Below, piece after piece: positions 25,691 through 35,742 of a stretch of DNA of 41,569 nucleotides (positions within the stretch are counted from its first letter, which is position 1; every line of letters starts with the position of its first letter). The stretch is from Selaginella moellendorffii. Lineage: Eukaryota > Plantae > Lycopodiophyta. Under the pieces are notes generated by a model that worked only from the letters and a program-made list of their open reading frames with translations, was not told where the DNA came from and ran no database searches. A program made the translations under genes and the position numbers. The stretch spans positions 1-41,569 of the forward strand of contig NW_003314479.1 in the NCBI RefSeq assembly GCF_000143415.4, written 5' to 3'.

Positions 25691-26910
25691 TTTTTCTGCA
25701 AAAATGGTGAAAACAAAAAATCGATATAAAAAAGAGACCTTCCTCCAATGATGTCCCAGTCTCTGCAGTTCCTGGGACTTTGTCAAGTCGGGAGTGGACT
25801 TGTACACGTCCCGCTTGAAAGCTGATGCCAGTCGGCACTCATGGCAAGATCTAAAACAAAAGGGACCTCAGCAGTAGTGATCTCGTCCAGGAGGGTGCCA
25901 AGAGCTGGTCGAGAGTGATCGGCAGCCTGTTGTCGCAGCCTGGGACTCTTGTGAGCCAGATTGTGCACGATAATTACCAAGTCAAGGCTTTATATGGATC
26001 TGCTCTCAACAAACCATTCTTCAGCTGCTCTTCTTCATATGATAGGTNNNNNNNNNNNNNNNNNNNNNNNNNNNNNNNNNNNNNNNNNNNNNNNNNNNNN
26101 NNNNNNNNNNNNNNNNNNNNNNNNNNNNNNNNNNNNNNNNNNNNNNNNNNNNNNNNNNNNNNNNNNNNNNNNNNNNNAAAAAATTGTTGATATCAGTGTT
26201 CATGCTATGCCACCACAGTGCATAATATGGAGGTCTTTCCAGCACCCTGTCATGCCACTTGATTAGTAACATACGTGATTAATTAAAAAAAATGATTTAC
26301 CTCCAAACAAGAAGTCGTACCCATCTTAGTTTCATAGACACGCTCTTCGTCACAGAGTTAGTGCTACATAGTATAGTAGCTTGACTTAGACCTTCCACAG
26401 AAATATTAAGACTCTTCACACCCTCACTGTCCACAAAACCTTTTCTACATGAGTTTTCAAGATTGTAGCACACCTGCACATTACCTGACGAGAATGAGCA
26501 ACAAGACCTTGAGCAGCTCATCGTCTGAGGAACCAGAGGAGATGACTCAGATGCTGGAGCTGGTTGTCGTTCCAGATTGGTTCTTCACTTCTCTGGAATT
26601 TTTTCTGGGCTACGAGAAGAGTGCCTCCATGGTTTATAGTCAGGTATATTGAGTTGCCTCCCATTAATCGATGAGAAGTTCTACTGCTAACCTCTTCCAG
26701 AGTTTTGGTGTGGCTCCTTGAGAATCACTGGAGGATAATAACCGGAGGATGCAGCACCATCTTCTTATTCTCCTTGCTCTTGGCTGGAGGTGCTAAGAAA
26801 AGAAGCATTCATAATTCCAGATTTACCTACCAATCCGTGGAAGGCAGAGAAAAATATAAATTGAGAAAAACAAAGAGAAAATGCCAATCCGCGAAGAATC
26901 GGGCATCGAA

Positions 26911-27421
26911 TTCTGACCTCCAGTGGAAAATATAAGTAGTCTGCAAGAACAGAATCCAGGAGAGAGTACATCTGCCCGCTGCCTCTCCTGTCGCTGAATG
27001 CATTTTTTCCAGCCCTAAAAAGCCACATGAAATTTTTCTCTGATTTGAAACGACATGACCTTCGACAATTAGATCTTGGCCGTTAGATCTCAGGATATGC
27101 CCAGAATAAGTGTCGCCAGTATATGCTATTATTATACGGGCTCTTTCGTTTAAATATATGAGTATGATTCTGACCTCCAGTGGAAAATATAAGTAGTCTG
27201 CAAGAACAGAATCCAGGAGAGAGTACATCTGCCCGCTGCCTCTCCTGTCGTTGAATGCATTTTTTCCAGCCCTAAAAAGCCACATGAAATTTTTCTCTGA
27301 TTTGAAACGACATGACCTTCGACAATTAGATCTTGGCCGTTAGATCTCAGCATATGCCCAGAATAAGTGTCGCCAGTATATGCTATTATTATACGGGCTC
27401 TTTCGTTTAAATATATGAGTA
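26911..27421 (-). repeat. Tandem duplication 2 x 257 bp of a Helitron 5' terminus
   Basis: 26911-27167 is near-identical to 27168-27421; the second copy lacks its terminal 3 nt, which are found at 33599-33601. Confidence 0.95.
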
Positions 27422-30319
27422 CTAGCAGGGAACCCAGCTCCGCTGGGATGGTTAGATGCTAATTCTAAAAAGAGAACAATTTATTAAAACTTGTTTAAGT
27501 TCAATATGTAACAAGCACTTGGTTTATTTAGTTTTTACTTAGTGATTGCAACCAAACACTATTTCTTAAATGGTTTACTGGAATAGAATAATACAAGCTT
27601 GGACTCAAAGCTTAAAAGAATTATTCAACACTGTCTAAAAAAGTGTTAATAGTCATTTACAACTTTTGATGTTACAAGTTAGTCATAGTAACTTTATAGG
27701 TGCATGATACAAGTGCTAAGAACTTGCATCCACTCTTGCCATATAGAAGAGGGGAAGAATTACTGGCAAAGATCTTGGGATTGTCCTTTTCTAATGCTGA
27801 TAGGCCATAGTTTCTCAAAACAAAAATGGAAAGAGGGGAAAAGGAGGAAATATAGTAGTGTTTCCATTAATTCTCTCCTTGCATCCTCCCCACTGCTAGC
27901 AAGTCTTTTAGCAATTTATCCAATGATAATGAGCTTTGCCATGAGTCTTTGCGGCTAAGTTGATTAAGCATAACTTCAAAACCAAAAAAAAGAGTATAAT
28001 GGTACTTCAGGAATTCATTGTTGCCACCAAATTTGATAGCAAAAAATGGATGTTTGTGTACAGCTCATTCAAAATTTATGTTTGTTTGCCCAACAGGGCT
28101 GCGGTCTAAATGCTAATGAGTAACTGTATTACTGTTATCTTGCTTGGTGGAGTGATGCGATGGAAATATGCTCATTTCCTTCAAAAATTACCAAAATGAG
28201 GTCTTCCTAGGATTGCCTTAATAGCATATATTGTATAGTACAAAGAAATTACAATAATAATTCACGACATCCTATGGTGAAATAAAGGCCTATTCATTCC
28301 TTGGCTTGGGATGGAAAAGAAAAGCATGTAAAAAAGAGTCATGCAGCTTTACTGTCAGTGTGTATGTTAAGTTGGGCTTTGTGAGTCAGAAGATGGTGGT
28401 ACCCAACTTTGTTAACATACTAACCTGGCTTCTTTCAGCAAAGCACAGTAGAACTTTAACTTCCTTTCCTAGCTGTGAGCTGGACGCCACATAAAACAAA
28501 TGGTGGTGGGCAGAGGCCAATGACATCAGCAGCAGTCAGTTGTTTGGCCTTTTCTTTGGTGCCTACACCACCAGCACTGGCTTCACATCCCTCACCTGGA
28601 GTGTGCATTTCCAAGCAGTCAGCTCTGTTCATTGCAAGAGCCAATCTGATGGCTCCAGTAGTACATCGCATACCATGTCACCAATAACAACCTACTTGCT
28701 TAGTGCTGGCCACCTCTGGTAACAATTACTAAGACATTCTCACTACTGAGCTGATGAGTCATGCTGTGAAGTGCATCCTTCCGAGACTGTGGGAACCTGC
28801 CTGCACAGTGACTGAGAATGAAGCTGCCAATTACACCTCTACTTGCAGGTGATCGTGGTAAAGCCTCCGCTATCCAGCTGCCAACTCTAACATTGGGTTC
28901 ATGGACACACACGTTAATAGGGACCCCAACTCCACTGGGAGAAGTAGAGAACATTTCAATTTGAGAAGATGTAGTTGTACAAACTTTGGAATAGAACAAC
29001 ACATCTTTATAAAATAAAACAATAGAACAATGATTTATTGTGATTCTCTCAGTAACGAGATTTAGTGGTCTCTTATGTAATTTTTTTCTTAGTTGAAAAT
29101 AGGGAGGAATTTCACTATTGTGATGAACATTTAACACATGACTCTTTAAAAAATGTCTGCCAAGAAGCAATGCTCAGAGTCCTAAAAAAATTCCCATAAA
29201 TATGGAAATTCAACCACTCATCTTCCAGATCTTATTTGAATTTTGTAAAATGTTGTAACTACTCTTGCTTCATCACGACCAAAACCTAAAACACTTGAAA
29301 AAAAATGTAGAACACTAAATCACCAACATTTATCCTCTCTAGTTCAAAATTCTTTTCCAAGAAAATGACTAAAACAAGGTTTACCATTGAAATGCACACT
29401 TTCCATTTATTTTGTCACCAATTCTTCCACTCTTTATCACTCGATGGCTAGTGATTGTAAGCCATCAAGAAGCACATGCAAGTAATGCCATCAGCTTGGA
29501 ATCCTTCTCGTTACATCCTCCCAAAGTTTTTTCAAGCACATGGAGAGCATCTTGACAAGGTATGAATCTAAATGTCCTATCCAAGTCTGTCTCTATTTGA
29601 AAATTCTTCTTAAAAACACTTTTGACATGACTTGAACATTTTGGATGTGCACAATGTCCTCTTGTCTTAAGAAGACAGGATTTTATGCAATGCAATATGC
29701 TCAAGGTACTTTGCTTTTGTCATCCAAGCTTTCTTTTCTCCCAAGGTTTAAAATTCTACTCTCTGCTAGAAAGTTTTCCTGACCCCTCCAAGATTCTAAT
29801 CAAGAGACTCCTCAAGTTTCTAATCAATCATTTCCAGAGCATCTTCTCACAGCTATACAGAGCCTCTGGCCTCAACTATACAGATATTTCCAGAGCTTTT
29901 TTGGTTCTTTTTTTTTCTTTCTATTCTTGTTTTCATCTCTCATTTTCCAGGCATCTTCATCAATTTGCCTAAAACTCAATGATGATCTTGATCTTGCCGC
30001 AAGAAACACTGGCAGGAATGTCACTGCTGGNNNNNNNNNNNNNNNNNNNNNNNNNNNNNNNNNNNNNNNNNNNNNNNNNNNNNNNNNNNNNNNNNNNNNN
30101 NNNNNNNNNNNNNNNNNNNNNNNNNNNNNNATCTCATTCTTTTCGTCATTTTCAGAGAGAAGCATAGAGACATCCAACAAGAATGCCAAACCTGGAGTGC
30201 CTCTACTTCATTCTGCCATGAACTATCATGCTGCATAAGCTCCTTGCCATTAAAGCAATTCACAAAAGCTAAGGGTTTCTCCATATTCGACCAGTCATAG
30301 CTGTACATGCTATTTCTTA

Positions 30320-32830
30320 GCGTGATGCTAGAGCCACCTCAAGCTCCTGTTTAAGCTCCAGCAACTTTGGTGTGTTGTATCTGCCATTCTCCTGGAAAGA
30401 AGTAAAATAACATTATCAAACAGGGAAGAGATGCACAAAAACATGATACCATAGGCTGATGATCTATTGGTTCTTTCAAAATTATTGAGCTCTCGGGCAC
30501 ATTTGCAGATTCTCCAACCTCTGTAAAATGGCTTCCACCAACACTCGGAGCAGGAGACACCTCTGATTGGCTTTTGCATGTCTTCAGTACATGCATCTGA
30601 CAGCTTCCACCTCAATACAAGTCACAGTCTCAAAAACAACCAAGGCTATTATTGTTTCTTCACCATTCAAACACATGAAGATGAGACTCAATCCCTAGGC
30701 AGGACAGAAAATGACAAATTGAATTGGAGTAAGGCCAGCAAGGATAATCAAAATAGCATACCTCACATGTGATATACGTCTGTGCTGGCTTATATTGCAT
30801 TGACAGCTTCCCATGTCATTGTTTCCAAATCAAAGATGTTGAGGTCATTGAGCAAACACCTATTGGAGTCTTCTCCACCTAACATGACTCCACTAAAGCA
30901 GGATCCGATCAGCGAAATAGACTGGCCCCTCAAACAGTAAATGGTCAATCTCAGGTTCAAAAACATGAACTGGAGATAGAGAGCACTGAAGTGAGACACT
31001 GAAATGCATTATATTAACCTGACAGAGTCAAGGGTTTCTCAAGTGGCCACCAACAAACAGCATCCTGTTCTTCAGAATCTGAAAACACTCGGGAATATTG
31101 TATGAAAGTATAAAGCTAAAAAATTACCAGGCTATGACCGGCACAGGGTGGGATCAGTGGCATGGAGAAGGACAAAAGGAGACATTGGGAGCTTTTGCTC
31201 AACTTTGGACCAGGTGAGCATTCTTAGATTGAGCACCTATGGCAAAGGTGCAACATCAGTTATTAAAGAGCAAAACACTACATACCTGGACATCGTTCCA
31301 CCATTTGCTGATGGCAGCAAGGGGGATGGAGGAGAGTTGTTTACAGCAGGGATGTACTCCTCCTGAAGGCTTGGATTTAAATCATTGTCTGCATAGGATG
31401 AAAGAATGCTGCAAAGTTTTAGTTATAACACAAAAACAAACAAGTATAAAGCAATTTCACCAATTCCCTCAACTTTTTCCCCTTGCAACTTGACTACCAG
31501 TCTGGATCCTGTTTCTGCAAGTGAAAGATAAAGTCCCCGTGTCAAAAACATGAACTTGAGATAGAGAGCACTGAAGTGAGATGGATCTCAAAGCTCCTCT
31601 GCATTACATTAACCTGAGACAGAGTTGGGGGAGTTTTTTGAGTGGTCACCCACAACAAACAGCATCCTGTCTCTAAACATTTTTGCTGTGTGAAGGCCGG
31701 ATCCTCGCCCCTGTATTTCCCATCCGGCCAGATTCCAAAGCCTCAGCGATCCACAAACGTTCCCAGGATCTGGCTGTAAGGTGGAAGAATCAACACATCC
31801 GCAAACTCCACGGCATCCTCCACAATCTCCTCGATCTTCTTTTCGATGGCTTTCAACTCTGCCTCACTGGCTAGTCTTTCTTCCAGCAAGTACTTCTTGA
31901 AAGGAGCGATGGGATTGCAAGTGGCATGCTTGCTCTTTTGCTCTGGGCAGAAAGAAAGAGAGTGAAGAACAAAGCAAGGCACTTACCAGGCTTGCAGAGC
32001 TCGTCCGGATTGGTGAGAGAATGACCTCTATATACCAATAAGTCTCACACTCCACTAATATCGGGCCGTCACCCCTCTGAGCTCTCGCAATGGCTTCCTT
32101 GGCCACCTCGCCGACTTTGAGCACGTCCATTCCATCGACGTGAACTCCATGCATACAAAAGCCTCTCTTTTCTTCCAGATCTCCGGCACTAATGTAGCTC
32201 GAAAGTGGTCCATGCCGATTGCCAGAGGTTGTTCTCCACCACGTGGACAATCGAGTTAGACAGATACCAGAGGTGAAAACCATTCATTGCAAACATCACT
32301 CTCTCCATAATAGTGGAGCACTTGACATAATTTTCTTCCATTTTCATCTCCGTGACAATCCCACCATTTGCTGATGGCAGCAAGAGGGATATAGGAGAGT
32401 TGTTTACAGCAGGGATGTCCTCCTCCTGAAGACTTGAATTTAAATCATTGTCTTGCATAGGCTGAAAGAATGCTCCAAAGTTTTAGTTATAACACAAAAA
32501 TGAAAAAGTATAAAGCCATTTCACCAATTTCCTCAACTTTTTCCCCTTGCGACTTGACTACCAGTCTGGATCTTGTTCCTGCAAGTGAAAGTGAAAGTCC
32601 CCGTGTCAAAAGCATGAACTGGAGATAGAGAGCACTGAAGTGAGATGGATCTCAAAGCTCCTCTGCATTACATTAACCTGAGACAGAGTCGGGGAAGTTT
32701 TTTGAGTGGCCACCCACAACAAACAGTTATTAAAGAGTGAAAAGCTACATAGCTGGACATCGTTCACATAGTGATTCCCTCCAATCATGAACATCTTATC
32801 GTGTACAACCGCTGCTGCATGCTGCACACC
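30320..32830 (-). pseudogene. ACBP4: Dispersed exons of a kelch-type acyl-CoA-binding protein (ACBP4/5-like)
   Basis: QHAAAVVHDKMFMIGGNH..NDVQ (about 32755-32825); VLNLRMLTWSKVEQK..PLIPPCAGHSL (about 31128-31237); GQSISLIGS..GGEDSNRCLLNDLNIFDLETMTWEAV (about 30795-30930). Exons are in native order. Confidence 0.8.
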
Positions 32831-33175
32831 AAGGTTTACAATGTAGTTTCACACACAAAAAAAGACAAACCTGATAGTGAGATGCTGATCTTCATCCAGA
32901 TACCAGAGGTGAAAACCATTCGTTGCAAACATCAGTCTCTCCATAATAGTGGAGCACTTGACATCATTTTCTTCCATGTTCATCTCTTGGCAAGCCCACC
33001 ATTTGCCGATGGCAGCAAGGGGGATGGATTTAAATCATTGTCTTGCATAGGCTGAAAGAAAGCTGCAAAGTTTCAGTTCTAACACAGAAACGAAAAAATA
33101 TAAAGCCTTTTCACCAATTTTCTCAGCTTTTCTCCCTGGCGACTTGACTACCAGTCTGGATCTTGTTCCTGCAAA
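30960..33175. repeat. Multiply duplicated internal module
   Basis: ccaccatttgc(t/c)gatggcagcaag..ttgactaccagtctggatc.. at about 31298, 32362 and 32996; partial copy at 30960-31070; 32261-32350 recurs at 32897-32985. Confidence 0.88.
31680..32255 (-). pseudogene. pdhA: Plastid-type pyruvate dehydrogenase E1 alpha, 3' fragment
   Basis: IVHVVENNLW, GVHVDGMDVLKVGEVAKEAIARAQRGDGPILVECETY, RGHSLTNPDEL, 44-bp intron 31943-31986, EAELKAIEKKIEEIVEDAVEFAD, GFGIWPDGKYRGEDPAFT; frameshifts. Confidence 0.92.
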
Positions 33176-33306
33176 GATAAATAGATGGAAACTCTCAAAA
33201 AACATTGAAAAACTTACTTTCAAGGTTGTAAAGAAGAGTCACATAGCTTCAGTCAATGGCCCACTTCTCCACTGCAAGCACAAGCCGTGAGAAGCAGCAC
33301 ACACAG

Positions 33307-33313
<7 letters not shown>

Positions 33314-33367
<54 letters not shown>
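33314..33367. repeat. (GA)27 microsatellite
   Basis: Perfect run at the same position in the 5' module as 14587-14666. Confidence 0.98.
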
Positions 33368-33372
<5 letters not shown>

Positions 33373-33601
33373 ACTCACAATCTGCCCTGTCGCCCTAAAA
33401 AATTTCACTTGATTTGGAGCGTCACTAAAATCACATTGAAGCGTTGCCACCCCTTTGGCACTTGATCTATGCCATCTATTTGAAGTTTTTGAATTTGAAC
33501 CGTTAGATTATAAGCATATTCAGAAATAATATTCTAAAAATGGAATAAAAGACGCCGGATGCCATATGCCAATAGCACGTTTAAATAAGGGAGTATGATG
33601 A

Positions 33602-33630
33602 CTAGCAGAAACCCCAGCTCCGCTGGGAGA
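33602..33630 (-). mobile_element. Helitron 3' terminus (element C; 5' end not identified)
   Basis: Hairpin 33613-33627 + CTAG abutting the TC of element A. Confidence 0.85.
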
Positions 33631-34013
33631 TATAACATGAAATCGGACAAGCTGATACTCATCTCTGCATTGGATTCTTGCGTAACTCTCTCGAATCTCA
33701 AGATCTTACAGAACACATCGTTTAGTAAATTCTCTGGATCACTTAGGGGTCATCTTATTTATTTCCTTCTTCCCTTCTCATGATGGATCACCACTAAAAA
33801 ACTTGTAAGGATCCAAGATCTATTCTGAGGGTGACAGGAAGTGTATGAATTGGTGTAAAAAAAATTGAAAACGTGTGTTCTAGGAATTAACACGATGGTA
33901 AGCCCTATTGTTTAAGTTATTTTTTTGTAAAAGGAATACGGGGAATTTAATGACATGGGGAAACCCATGACACCGTGAACACAGAATCCCACCCGTTTCC
34001 AATCACAGCCATG

Positions 34014-34679
34014 TTACGATTCATCTTGTAAGAGAGCTGAAAGGACCACAACTGCAGCGAGCCTCCAGCTCCCAGGCTGCTGACAGCAACAACAGCAGCA
34101 AGTCCACCGAGCGATGCCTAGATGAGAACTGTGAGTCTGGCACCCAATGAGTAGAAGCGATGCGTTTGGACACACCTCCACAACTTGGTGTGTGTAGCTC
34201 ACATTGTGGGAGATGTAGTCGAGGTCTGGTTGGAATAGGTGGAGAGGCAAGAGCTCAGACTTGTAAGTGACGTCCTTGGTAGCTCTCCAAACAGGATCCG
34301 ATTGACACATGTGTTTGCCTGGGTGGAGGTGCCCTGGAACACAACCATAAGGTGTTTGTTAGCGGAGGTGGTGTCTTCCTTGTACACTGGGCCCCAAGCT
34401 TTGGAGTCTGAGGAGGGCTCAAGTGTTGGAAGTTTGGGGATGGCTTCCAGCTGGGGATGGAGGCAGGCATCCATAGGTTTTGGTGGAGATTGTGGTGAGC
34501 GGGGAGATGAAGAGTGCCAGACACTTAAGATCATGCTGTGAGAGCTTGGAGACTTTGTCCCACACTTCCAGAGCTTCTTCGCTTGGTGGGTTTTGTTTGG
34601 CTGAGCGGTGGTGGTGATGGCGGGCTAGAAAAACAATGGCAGGCACAACCAAAAGCAAGAGCAGGAGAGTGCAAGCCAT
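34014..34679 (-). pseudogene. Unidentified GC-richer gene remnant with a hydrophobic N-terminus
   Basis: MACTLLLLLLVVPAIVFLA start and staggered overlapping ORFs suggesting frameshifts; no family recognised. Confidence 0.25.
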
Positions 34680-35609
34680 GCATTTGTGATTCTTTAATTT
34701 TCAAACCCGCAGGGAGAACAGAGGTAAGATTCCTTCCAAACCATGAAGAAAAATCATGTATCTGTGTTGCCTTCGTCAAAGATTTACAAAAGTCCAACTC
34801 TTTTTCACTTTATATGGTCTGGCTCTTTCTTGCTTTATAATAGTCTGGATTTCTTAACTCTCAAATTTTCGAGTATGCACAACAGGAAACTAAAATTCAC
34901 AGATCTCACTTATCAGCATTGCTTTGGTCAAAAAGTTATATTTTATGGCCTAACACTATTATGTCTTAGATTTTGCATTTCTTTCTCTCTTTTAGCAGTT
35001 TCTTAACATCAAATGCTTTGTGATCAAAAGAGAGCATGCAAGAAGTTCCTCTGCAAGAAGAACCCCCAGGCTGACTTTGATGTGTTCCAAAGGCAATGAC
35101 TCTGAACTCAATATCCATGTTGAGTAGAATAAAGCTGCTTGGGTCCTCAGTAAACTTCCACCACCTCTCTTCAATTTCTTCTTGCCACTTTACAGTAAGT
35201 CACTGAAAAAATCTAAGATTCTGTAGAACTTCACTGGTTAAAACTTGGACAGGAAATCTAGAATAAAAAGCAAGCCTTTGAACACTTCTGTTTTTATCCT
35301 GGTCCTTTGATTTAAAACCAAGTGGGTTATGCTAGAACACCCTCCCTCGATATCAAGCTTTCAAGTAGATGTTGTAACTTTTAATTATGGATATCTTATG
35401 TTCCATCTCTAGGATGATGAATTTAGAATCTCTTGGAACTTTTTATGCAGGCATTTGCTTTCATTTCCAGCACAAAACTTGTAAAATAAAAGAAGCCAGT
35501 TTTGATTAATTACAAAGCCTTTCTTTCTAGAGCTTACAGCTATAACTTTCAACTGATTATTTTAAAATTAATATTAAAATGCTTACTCTTGACGCTAAAA
35601 TGCTTAAAA

Positions 35610-35666
35610 ATTCAATGTGCCCAAAATATTTTGTACTTCTCCCAGCGGAGCTGGGATCCCAGCTAG
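35610..35666 (+). mobile_element. Helitron 3' terminus on the plus strand (5' end not identified)
   Basis: TCCCAGC-GGA-GCTGGGA (35640-35656) + CTAG (35663-35666)|T; the subterminal sequence resembles the reverse complement of 6805-6830. Confidence 0.88.
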
Positions 35667-35742
35667 TTTATATTTATATTTATATTAGTGGTTTTATATA
35701 CAAACACTAAGGGTAGCTAAGTTTTTCTAGGTTTTTTAAGTT

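Larger units (their letters stand above)
27422..33598 (-). mobile_element. Complete non-autonomous Helitron B (about 6.2 kb) inserted at an A|T site
   Basis: 5' A|TCATACTCCCTTATTTAAACG at 33598; 3' hairpin CCCAGC-GGA-GCTGGG (27433-27447) + CTAG|T at 27422; no TSD; flanks rejoin to an intact sequence. Confidence 0.9.
19002..33601 (-). mobile_element. Helitron A (19002-27421 plus 33599-33601), with element B nested in its 5' end
   Basis: 3' hairpin TCCCAGC-GTA-GCTGGGA (19012-19028) + CTAG|T. Its 5' end is split into TCA (33601-33599) and TACTCATATATTTAAACG (from 27421). Pairing of the two ends is inferred. Confidence 0.7.

Noticed and set aside
26765-27353. Repeated-peptide ORFs (MWLFRAGKNAF..)
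   Set aside because: By-product of the 257-bp non-coding terminal duplication.
4481-32830. Acyl-CoA metabolic gene cluster (AAE, ACBP4, PDH)
   Set aside because: All are broken fragments in different elements, mixed with unrelated cargo.
34199-34679. Cytochrome P450 N-terminus
   Set aside because: Only vague resemblance (TM helix, YG, RILFG); no diagnostic motif.
6788-35656. Recurring GC hairpin as CRISPR repeat or bacterial terminator
   Set aside because: Copies are kilobases apart, followed by CTAG|T, and in intron-containing plant DNA; they match Helitron 3' ends.
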